Assembly: GCA_036397915.1 (NCBI GenBank)
Contig: DASWIB010000072.1
Location: forward strand, 1 to 46,854
DNA: 46,854 nt
DNA from: Thermoanaerobaculia bacterium
GTDB lineage: Bacteria; Acidobacteriota; Thermoanaerobaculia; UBA5066; Gp7-AA6
Reading direction: 5' to 3'
Notes under the pieces: generated by a model
The model's input: only the letters and a program-made list of their open reading frames with translations
Database searches by the model: none
Told to the model about the DNA's origin: nothing
Translations under genes and position numbers: made by a program
Shown here: one piece after another, positions 1 to 7,259 of the stretch
How positions within the stretch are numbered: the first letter of the stretch is position 1
Layout of the letters: every line of letters begins with the position of its first letter

Positions 1-2874
1 GATCGGCTCGATCGTCAGGACCGCCAGGTTGAACTCCTTCGAGACGCGCAGGTCGAGCGACGAATACTTGTTGTCTTTGCGGCCCAGGTTGCGCCGGGTC
101 ACCGTGCCGTCGGCGTTGATCCGACTGGATGGGATCGCCGCGTCCGCGCCGGTTTCGGTAATCGATTTCGGCTGCGCCGAGCGGTAAGCGTAGCGCGCGT
201 TCACGTTGATGTCCCATGGCGCCTGCCACAGGAACCAGCTGTTGAAGCGATGTCGCTGGTCCCGGTCGGAATAGCCGTACTCGGCGTCGAGATCGGTGAC
301 GAGGGCATACCGCAGAGAGAAGGGGTCTCGTTCGTTGTCGTCGTCCGACTTGTCCTTCGAGTAGGTGTAGTACGCCTGGATGGCGTATCGGTTGGAGAGC
401 TGCTTGTTCAGACCCACCGTCACTCCCCAGTACTTGCTCTTCGCCGTGGACTCCACCGTCATCAGGCCGATCGGAAGGACGCCATCGCCGCAGTTGATTC
501 CGTTGGTCCCGTCCGGGGGCAAGCCGGTTCCCCACGGGCATCCGAGACGGGGGTCGTTGCGGTTGACGAAGCGGGTGATGTGGTCCCCCTTGGCGTAGTT
601 GTATTTGAGCAGTGCACCCCAGCCGGGGAAGATCTCCCGGTCAACGCCGACGCTCCATGCTGTCGTGCGCGGGTTCTGGAAGTCTTTGTCGAACACGTAG
701 ACGTCCGGGAAGAAAACCGGGCCCGCGAGCTCGGACGCCGGAATTAGGTTCGGGTAGGCAGGGACCGGCCCCAGGATCGCTGTCAGCGAGCTGTTGCGGA
801 AATTGCCCCGCCCGATCGAGCCGTTGGTGGAGCGGCTCGAGGCGGTGTTCAGTGCCGGGATTCTCGCGTAGAAGATTCCAAAGGTTGCGCGCGCGGCCGT
901 CTTCCCGTCGGCCCACGGATCCCAGGAGATGCCGAGGCGCGGCTGCCACATCTTCTTGTCGTCGGGGATGGTTCCGTCGGAGGGGAACTCCTGCCCATTA
1001 CGGGTCTGTCCGATGAAGGGCGCGAAGAAGACCTCGTCCGGAGGCGTTCGCGGATCGGGCTGAAGCAGGGCTTCCCAGCGAAGACCCGCGTTGATCGTCA
1101 GGTTCCGCAGGGGGGTCCAAGAGTCCTGGATGAACGCTGAGGGCTCCTCCTGGGCGATGGATTGCGTGCCAGCGTCTTCGACGGTACGAGGGGCGACTCC
1201 GGTTTGCTGGTTGAAGTAGAGCACGGGTCCCGTGACCGTCGTGCCGGCGGGACAGGTCTCCCGTTGGGGGAGATCGAGGCCGTCGGAGCACTCCACGTAC
1301 CTGGGGTTGGTGGCGTATCTCAGGAAGCCGTCGGTCGAACTGAAGATCCACCGGCCGTTGGCAAACCCGATGAAGGTCTGCTTTGAGACCACCCGGTTCC
1401 ACTCGACGCCGAGCTTGATCGCGTGGGCGCCGCTCACGATCGAGAAGTTGTCGAGGATCTGCGTCCTCGTGTCGTAGTACTCCACCGGGATGAAGAAGGG
1501 CATCCCGAAGCGATAAGTTCGTGCGAAGTCGAACGCGGTGTCGGGAAGCGGCCGGTTCTGCCCGGCTATGTCCGGACCGGTGTACGGGCGCGGCCGGTCT
1601 TCCCGAGAGTACTGGCCGCGGAGCTCGTTCAGAAGATTGCTCGTGAGCGTCGATATTACGGAGCCGCCGATCGAGTAGGAGAAGTCTTTTTCCAGCGCGT
1701 TGGCGCTCACGCCCCAGGAGTCCACGTCGAATGTCCCGTTCTCCTGCTCGGACCACTGGTAGGCGTATCGCAGCGTCGCGAGGTGCTGCTGCGTCGCGTG
1801 CCAGTCAAGCTTTACGAGCGCCACGAAAGCATCGTCCGTCCGATCGATGGGGCCGTTCTCGTCCGGGATGCCGATAGAGGCGAAGTAGTCCACCACCCTC
1901 TGCTCGATGCGCGTCGGGTCCGTCTGCTTCGTCGAGTTGCCCTGCTGCGCGTCGGCGCCGATGAAGTAGAAGAGGCGGTCCTGCAGAAGAGGACCGCCGA
2001 GCGTGAATCCCTCCTGCCACCGGTCGGATTCGAATTTCTCCGCCTTGCCGCCGCCCGGCTTCGCGGCTTTCGAGGACAGGCTGTCGTCCCTGTAATAGAC
2101 GTGGGCCGAGCCGTGGAAGTCGTTCGTCCCCGACTTGGTTATGACATTGACGAACCCGCCGGAGGACCGGCCGAACTCCGCGTTGGCGCCGTCGGCGACG
2201 ACGACGACCTCCTGGACCGCGTCGAGGTTGAAGGTGAACGGCGGTCGCTGGCCGCCCCGCTGCTCCCCGAAGAACGGGTTGTTGAAGTCCTGGCCGTCGA
2301 CCGAGACGTTGTTGTGGATTCCCTTCTGCCCGTTGATCGAGAGCTCGTCCCCGTCGGGACCCTGGACGATCGTGACGCCGGGGGTGAGCTTCGTGAAGTC
2401 GAGGAAGTTGTGGCTGGCGTTCGGGAGATTCTGAACGGCCTCGTTGTCGATCAGAGTCGCGCCTGCGGTCCGGGCCGTCTCGACGACCGGCGCTTCCCCC
2501 GTGACCCGGACCTCCTGCTGGACGCCCGAGACCTGGAGAGGGAGCCGCAGGTTCACTTCCTGCCCGACCGACAGGGTGATCCCTTCACGGACGAGCGTCG
2601 TGAAGCCGGGGAGCGTGACCGTGATCCGGTACGGCCCGAGAGGCATGAGAATCGCTCGAAATCGGCCCCCGCTGTCCGTGGTCTCGACCTTCTCGAAGTT
2701 GGTCGCGGTATTCCGCAGCGCGACCGAGGCCCCGGGCAGGACCGCGTCGCTCGAATCGACAACGGTTCCCGCGATGACGCCCGTCGTCGCCTGAGACTGG
2801 GAGGAGCCGGGAACCGGAAGGAAGATAAGGAATAACAGCGCCGCGAGGGCGGCGCGCCAGCACGTCTTCGCCAT
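1..2874 (-). CDS. TonB-dependent outer-membrane receptor with N-terminal CarboxypepD_reg-like domain (C-terminal end runs off the left window edge)
   Basis: Not in the ORF track (no stop inside the window). My translation from the ATG at 2874 (AAGGAG 7 nt upstream) gives MAKTCWRAALAALLFLIFLPVPGSSQSQATTGVIAGTVVDSSDAVLPGASVALRNTATNFEKVETTDSGGRFRAILMPLGPYRITVTLPGFTT (signal peptide plus carboxypeptidase-regulatory fold). Plug-like NLPNASHNFLDFTKLTPGV...SINGQ and GTNDFHGS follow. Barrel-type strands include GISWDPWADGKT and FGIFYARIP. It ends at position 1 in ...TRRNLGRKDNKYSSLDLRVSKEFNLAVLTIEPI. No minus-strand ORF in this frame is listed in the track, consistent with one open frame of 958 codons. 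Confidence 0.85.
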   Translation of the reverse strand, partial: MAKTCWRAALAALLFLIFLPVPGSSQSQATTGVIAGTVVDSSDAVLPGASVALRNTATNFEKVETTDSGGRFRAILMPLGPYRITVTLPGFTTLVREGITLSVGQEVNLRLPLQVSGVQQEVRVTGEAPVVETARTAGATLIDNEAVQNLPNASHNFLDFTKLTPGVTIVQGPDGDELSINGQKGIHNNVSVDGQDFNNPFFGEQRGGQRPPFTFNLDAVQEVVVVADGANAEFGRSSGGFVNVITKSGTNDFHGSAHVYYRDDSLSSKAAKPGGGKAEKFESDRWQEGFTLGGPLLQDRLFYFIGADAQQGNSTKQTDPTRIEQRVVDYFASIGIPDENGPIDRTDDAFVALVKLDWHATQQHLATLRYAYQWSEQENGTFDVDSWGVSANALEKDFSYSIGGSVISTLTSNLLNELRGQYSREDRPRPYTGPDIAGQNRPLPDTAFDFARTYRFGMPFFIPVEYYDTRTQILDNFSIVSGAHAIKLGVEWNRVVSKQTFIGFANGRWIFSSTDGFLRYATNPRYVECSDGLDLPQRETCPAGTTVTGPVLYFNQQTGVAPRTVEDAGTQSIAQEEPSAFIQDSWTPLRNLTINAGLRWEALLQPDPRTPPDEVFFAPFIGQTRNGQEFPSDGTIPDDKKMWQPRLGISWDPWADGKTAARATFGIFYARIPALNTASSRSTNGSIGRGNFRNSSLTAILGPVPAYPNLIPASELAGPVFFPDVYVFDKDFQNPRTTAWSVGVDREIFPGWGALLKYNYAKGDHITRFVNRNDPRLGCPWGTGLPPDGTNGINCGDGVLPIGLMTVESTAKSKYWGVTVGLNKQLSNRYAIQAYYTYSKDKSDDDNERDPFSLRYALVTDLDAEYGYSDRDQRHRFNSWFLWQAPWDINVNARYAYRSAQPKSITETGADAAIPSSRINADGTVTRRNLGRKDNKYSSLDLRVSKEFNLAVLTIEPI

Positions 2875-3053
2875 AAAAACTCCTTGCCGCAGTAGCGGGC
2901 GGGTCATGGTTCCTGCTCTGGTTGTCCCGGAATCTATCCGTCGATCAGGGCCAAGTCAACGACGCGTGAAGACGCACGCTGCCACGCATGGAACCGACTT
3001 GCGGTATCCTCCGCCGCTCGATGGATCTCGCCATCGGCCGTCAACTCTCAGGC

Positions 3054-3088
3054 GAGAGCCGAGAGCTGAGAGCTGAGAGCCGAGAGCT
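3054..3088. repeat. Tandem heptanucleotide array GAGAGCY x5
   Basis: Direct reading: gagagcc gagagct gagagct gagagcc gagagct, in the divergent intergenic region between the TonB receptor and the CPBP gene. Confidence 0.9.
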
Positions 3089-3097
3089 TCTCTTTCC

Positions 3098-3907
3098 GTG
3101 ACGACCAACACGATCGTCTTTGTCCTGCTGCTCCTCGCGGGATGCGCGGGGATCATCATCTCCTTCGCGCGAGCGCGCTCGCGCGCGGTGTTTGCAGAAG
3201 ATGGCTTCCGGGAGCCGGGACGCCGGACGCTCGCCGTCTCTCTTCTCGCCACGGTCCTGCTCCTGACGGTCGCGATCCCGTTCGCGGGAGGCTTCGCGGG
3301 GGCGCAGCCGGAGACCGAGGACCTGACGGTCGTCTCGCTCTTCGCGGTTCACGCGATCCTGCTGTTTTTTCTCGCGTGCTACTACGCGCTCTCCGGCCGC
3401 CAATCGCTCGCGGATTTCCTGAAGGTGCGCAGCGCTCGTCCGGTCGCGGATCTCTCGGCCGGTTTCATGATCGGCGCCGCCGGCTGGCTCCTGACGATCC
3501 TCGCCGCGATCGCGGGGATCGGTATCTGGTGGCTCATCCGGCGGTCGGCGTCCGCCGCCGAGGAAAGCCCGGCAGTTTCTCCGACCATTCTCTGGATCGT
3601 CGCGCAGCCGGTGTGGGTGAAGATCGCGATCGTCGTCTCCGCGATGGTGATCGAGGAGCTGTTCTTCCGCTCCTTTCTGCAGACGCGCGTCGGCGCCCTC
3701 GCGGCGACGCTCATGTTCACCGCCGCGCACGGCGCTTACGGGCAGCCGCTGGTCCTGATCGGGATTCTCGTGATCTCGGCGGTGCTGTCGGTGACGTTCG
3801 CGCTGTACGGAAACGTCCTGCCGTGCATCGTCGCGCACGGCGTCTTCGACTCGATCCAGATGTTCGTGCTGATCCCGCTGGTCACCCGCGCGGCAACGGC
3901 GGCCTGA
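3098..3907 (+). CDS. CPBP (CAAX/Abi) family intramembrane glutamic metalloprotease
   Basis: 269-aa ORF (GTG start), polytopic hydrophobic protein. Family motifs IEELFFR (EExxxR), FTAAH (FxxxH) and IVAHGVFD (HxxxD). Confidence 0.8.
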   Translation: MTTNTIVFVLLLLAGCAGIIISFARARSRAVFAEDGFREPGRRTLAVSLLATVLLLTVAIPFAGGFAGAQPETEDLTVVSLFAVHAILLFFLACYYALSGRQSLADFLKVRSARPVADLSAGFMIGAAGWLLTILAAIAGIGIWWLIRRSASAAEESPAVSPTILWIVAQPVWVKIAIVVSAMVIEELFFRSFLQTRVGALAATLMFTAAHGAYGQPLVLIGILVISAVLSVTFALYGNVLPCIVAHGVFDSIQMFVLIPLVTRAATAA

Positions 3908-3916
3908 CCCAGGAAT

Positions 3917-3965
3917 GAGTAATCTCTTTGCGGGGGACCTTGCGGTCCCCCGCACCCCCTGGGGG
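3917..3965. repeat. Family-A REP-like element, copy 1 (hairpin GGGGGACC-TTGC-GGTCCCCC)
   Basis: gagtaatctctttgcgggggaccttgcggtcccccgcaccccctggggg, between convergent gene ends. Near-identical units occur at 5259-5361, 6254-6315, 10068-10114, 11257-11346 and 19548-19599. Confidence 0.85.
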
Positions 3966-3986
3966 CCGCGGGGTACGGGTCGCCGG

Positions 3987-5219
3987 TTACCGGGAGCCGG
4001 GAGCCTTCCGGGAACCGGGAGTCTGCAACGTGAAGCCTGGAATGGGCGTCTCCGCGAGACCGGATGAGACGAGGACGTCGCTGCCGCCGACGGCAATCCG
4101 CGGCGCGTCGGGACGATCACCGCGGGCCTTCGACAGCGCGGCGGCGAAGCCGTCGGCCGCGCCGGGAGTCTCGAACCGCAGCCGCCAGAGGTAGGAGATA
4201 TCCTCACCCGAGATCCAGAACGCGATTCGGTCTCCCCGCCAGCCGGAGGCCGCCCGTGAAGCCTCTTCCTCCGGAATCGAACGCTTGAGCAGAAAGCGGA
4301 TCGCCCACTCGCCGATCGTGTCGGAGTAAAGGAATCGGAACCGGGGCGGGGCGAGCTTCGAGGGGTCGGAGGGGAGCAGGTCGGATGCGGGAGCGAGCTG
4401 CCGTTCGCCGTGAATGATCTCGGCGGTCGAAAGCGGCGGATCGTTCCAGAGGCGGTCCATCTCCTTCCATCCACCGCGCTTGACCGCCCGCCGCACGTAC
4501 GTCGTGCCTTCGACGTACGGGAAGAAGAGCTGCTCGACGAAAAACGCGGGCAGGTTCTTCGGCGCGTTGGCCTGCTCGAGCGCGCCCGCCGAGAGGAGAG
4601 GAGCGAGCGCCTCTTCGGCCGCTTCGTCGGCTCCCGGGAGGTCGCGCAGGGCAACCCGCACCATGACGAGCGTGGCCTCGCCCTCGAGGAGGCATTGGAG
4701 CGCGAGCGCGCGGTCTCCGTCGTCGCGGAGGGACTTGAAGCGGCGGTCCAGGCCGATCGACTGGTCCTGGAGGGCATGGGTGAGCTCGTGAGAGAAGAGG
4801 AGGCGCTCCGAAAGGTCCGCCGCGCCGTTCTCTTCGAGCGCTTCACGGCCCCCCCCCCCGCCGCGCACGACGTAAAAGCGGCGCGGCTCTGGATCGTAGA
4901 AGGCAATGACCTGAGAGGTATAGAAGTCGAGCAACCGTTCGAGCAGATCGGGTGTCTTCTCGATCAGACCGAACGCGGCGAGGGTTCGAAGAGTCTCTTC
5001 AGGCGGCGCCGGGAAGGATTCGACGAGCTTGGTCTTCAAGAACCTCCGGAGCGCGGCCGGATCGATCTCCGACGCCGGTACCGGACCCTGGAAGCGGCGT
5101 CCTCGAACTTCTTCGACGAGCTTCGAAACTTCACGGACCCGCGCCGGCAACAGCGTGCCGGCCCCGAGAGCCAGGAGCGCGAGAACGGCGACGATGTGGA
5201 CGGAACGAATCCGCTTCAC
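3987..5219 (-). CDS. Secreted gluzincin-like zinc metalloprotease (HExxH), family not recognised
   Basis: 410-aa ORF, GTG start, signal-like N-terminus MKRIRSVHIVAVLALLALGAG. SHELTHALQDQ (HExxH) is followed about 30 aa later by LLEGEATL (candidate third ligand Glu). Contains an 11-nt G homopolymer on the coding strand (4849-4859). Confidence 0.65.
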   Translation of the reverse strand: MKRIRSVHIVAVLALLALGAGTLLPARVREVSKLVEEVRGRRFQGPVPASEIDPAALRRFLKTKLVESFPAPPEETLRTLAAFGLIEKTPDLLERLLDFYTSQVIAFYDPEPRRFYVVRGGGGGREALEENGAADLSERLLFSHELTHALQDQSIGLDRRFKSLRDDGDRALALQCLLEGEATLVMVRVALRDLPGADEAAEEALAPLLSAGALEQANAPKNLPAFFVEQLFFPYVEGTTYVRRAVKRGGWKEMDRLWNDPPLSTAEIIHGERQLAPASDLLPSDPSKLAPPRFRFLYSDTIGEWAIRFLLKRSIPEEEASRAASGWRGDRIAFWISGEDISYLWRLRFETPGAADGFAAALSKARGDRPDAPRIAVGGSDVLVSSGLAETPIPGFTLQTPGSRKAPGSR

Positions 5220-5258
5220 GCCGGGAGGGTAGCATGCGGCCCCGACCTCGCCGGGGAT

Positions 5259-5361
5259 CCCCGGGGAGTTCGGGGGACCGCAAGGTCCCCCGCAGAAAGA
5301 TTACTCGGACACACTCCCGGGGACCGCAAGGTCCCTACCGACAAATAGTCGGACACTCTCC
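5259..5361. repeat. Family-A REP-like elements, copies 2-3 (tandem, inverted relative to copy 1)
   Basis: ccccggggagttcgggggaccgcaaggtcccccgcagaaagattactcggacacactcc followed by ccggggaccgcaaggtccctaccgacaaatagtcggacactctcc. Lies in a divergent promoter region. Confidence 0.85.
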
Positions 5362-5438
5362 TCGCCCGGGTCCCGAGCAGTCCGAGAGCCCGCCCGGCTT
5401 ATGGATTAAGATGCGCCGATTCCGACGCGACAGCGTGA

Positions 5439-5906
5439 ATGACGACGACACTCCCGTCCGACGACGCCGGCCCGATCCGGATGTCCCTGTCAAGCCGATT
5501 CGAGAACATCGAGTTGGCGCAGCACCTTTGTGGCAAACTCCTCGAAGGGAGGGAGGTTTCCGAAGAGACCAGGCACTGGCTGCTGATGGCCCTGCGGGAA
5601 GCCCTCGCAAACGCGATCAAGCACGGGAATCGTCAGGATCTCTCCAAACGGATCCATCTGGAGATGAACGTGGTCGGGCAGAACCTGCAGATCTCGATCC
5701 GCGACGAGGGGGAAGGATTCGACCCGTCGGCCGTCGAGGATCCTCTCGCGCCCGAGAACCGATTGAAGACGTCGGGGCGAGGAATCTTCTATATGAAGAC
5801 GTTCATGGATGACGTCCGCTTCCGAAAGCTCCCGGGCGGCGGAATGGAGATCATCCTGACGAAGAATTTGGGCTCGGGAAACGAGAAGGAGGGAAACCGG
5901 ACATGA
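5439..5906 (+). CDS. Anti-sigma factor serine kinase (RsbW/SpoIIAB-like, HATPase_c)
   Basis: 155 aa. N-box-like EALANAIKHGN, G1 IRDEGEGFD, G2 GRGIFYM. Overlaps the next gene by ATGA. Confidence 0.85.
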   Translation: MTTTLPSDDAGPIRMSLSSRFENIELAQHLCGKLLEGREVSEETRHWLLMALREALANAIKHGNRQDLSKRIHLEMNVVGQNLQISIRDEGEGFDPSAVEDPLAPENRLKTSGRGIFYMKTFMDDVRFRKLPGGGMEIILTKNLGSGNEKEGNRT

Positions 5907-6244
5907 AGGCGAATGTTCGCGAGGTCTCTGGGGTCTCGATCGTGGACCTGAAAGGGAAGATCACGATCGGCTCCGGGGACGTCCAGTTGCGCGAGGTGAT
6001 CAATGGTCTCGTCGAGAAGGGGAAGAAGAACATTCTGATCAACATGCAGGAGGTCACGACCATCGATTCGTCCGGGATCGGCGAGCTCGTCGGCTGTTAC
6101 ACCTCGGTGACGAACAAGGGCGGGAAGTTGAAGCTCCTCCACCTTCCTCCGAAGATCAACGACGTGCTGACCGTCACGCAGCTCATCACCGTGTTCGACG
6201 TCTACGAGTCGGAGTCGGAGGCTCTGGCGACTTACGCGGCTTAA
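5903..6244 (+). CDS. STAS-domain anti-sigma factor antagonist (RsbV/SpoIIAA-like)
   Basis: 113 aa. Conserved phosphorylatable-serine context TTIDSSGIGELV. Translationally coupled to the upstream kinase. Confidence 0.85.
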   Translation: MKANVREVSGVSIVDLKGKITIGSGDVQLREVINGLVEKGKKNILINMQEVTTIDSSGIGELVGCYTSVTNKGGKLKLLHLPPKINDVLTVTQLITVFDVYESESEALATYAA

Positions 6245-6253
6245 CCGAAGTTA

Positions 6254-6315
6254 GGAGAGTGTCCGAGTATCTGTCGGTGGGGGACCTTGCGGTCCCCCAC
6301 ACCTCCTAGCCCCGG
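6254..6315. repeat. Family-A REP-like element, copy 4
   Basis: ggagagtgtccgagtatctgtcggtgggggaccttgcggtcccccacacctcctagccccgg. Confidence 0.85.
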
Positions 6316-6341
6316 CGCGCGGCTGGCGGATTCTTCCTGAG

Positions 6342-7259
6342 ATGGGCGAGAAGGGAAGTCGCGCTGCGGGAGCGCGCGCGGAGGGCGCTTTCGATCGCTT
6401 CGCGGCCGCTTCCCGCCCGGCGCTCGAGTCGGTCCTCGCGCGCAACCTTCCCTTGCCCGCCTCGGGCGCCGGTCGGCTGCGCGAAGCGGTCGAAGAGGCG
6501 GTCCTCTCACCCGGTAAACGGATCCGTTCGCTCGTTGCGATGGCGGCGGGGGAGCTCGTCCGTGCCAAACCTGCGGGGCCGCTTGCTGTCGCGGTCGCCG
6601 TCGAGTACCTCCACAGCGCCTCCCTCACTCTGGACGACCTCCCCTCGATGGACAACGCCATGCGGAGGCGCGGCCGCGCCGCGCTGCATCTCGTCTACGG
6701 AGTGGCGACTGCCGAGCTCGCAGCGGTCACTCTCACCGCCCGCGCGTTCGAGATTGTGGCACTCGAGTCCGGCATCACGTCCGGAACACGTGTGCGGATC
6801 CTGGGAGAGCTCGCGGCGGCGGTCGGGGCGACCGGCTGCTGCGGGGGACAGGCGGCCGACCTCGCCGCGGATCCGGCGACGATCGTTCTCGACGATCTCG
6901 AAGCGATTCACGCGCGCAAGACCGGCGCTCTCTTCGTCGCGGCGGTCCGGGGAGGCGCGCTCGCCGGCGGGGCGGGCGAGGCCGCTCTCGAGGCGCTCAC
7001 CCTCTACGCGCGCAACCTCGGGCTCGCGTTCCAGATCACCGACGACCTTCTCGACCTCGAGGGGGATCCGGAGCGGCTCGGGAAGGACACGCACCGCGAC
7101 GCGCACCGCGCGAACTTCGCGACCGTGCTCGGCGCCGAGTCCTGCCGCATCCTCGTGAACGAGCTCCTCGACACCGCGGTGGCAGCGCTCGCCCGGTTCC
7201 ACCGACTCGGGGCGGTCCTGGCGGACCTGGCGCGGTTCGTCCGCGACCGCCGCTCGTGA
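6342..7259 (+). CDS. Polyprenyl diphosphate synthase (FPP/GGPP synthase, IspA/CrtE family)
   Basis: 305 aa. First Asp-rich motif LTLDDLPSMDNAMRRRG, second FQITDDLLD. Chain length cannot be judged from sequence alone. Confidence 0.85.
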   Translation: MGEKGSRAAGARAEGAFDRFAAASRPALESVLARNLPLPASGAGRLREAVEEAVLSPGKRIRSLVAMAAGELVRAKPAGPLAVAVAVEYLHSASLTLDDLPSMDNAMRRRGRAALHLVYGVATAELAAVTLTARAFEIVALESGITSGTRVRILGELAAAVGATGCCGGQAADLAADPATIVLDDLEAIHARKTGALFVAAVRGGALAGGAGEAALEALTLYARNLGLAFQITDDLLDLEGDPERLGKDTHRDAHRANFATVLGAESCRILVNELLDTAVAALARFHRLGAVLADLARFVRDRRS

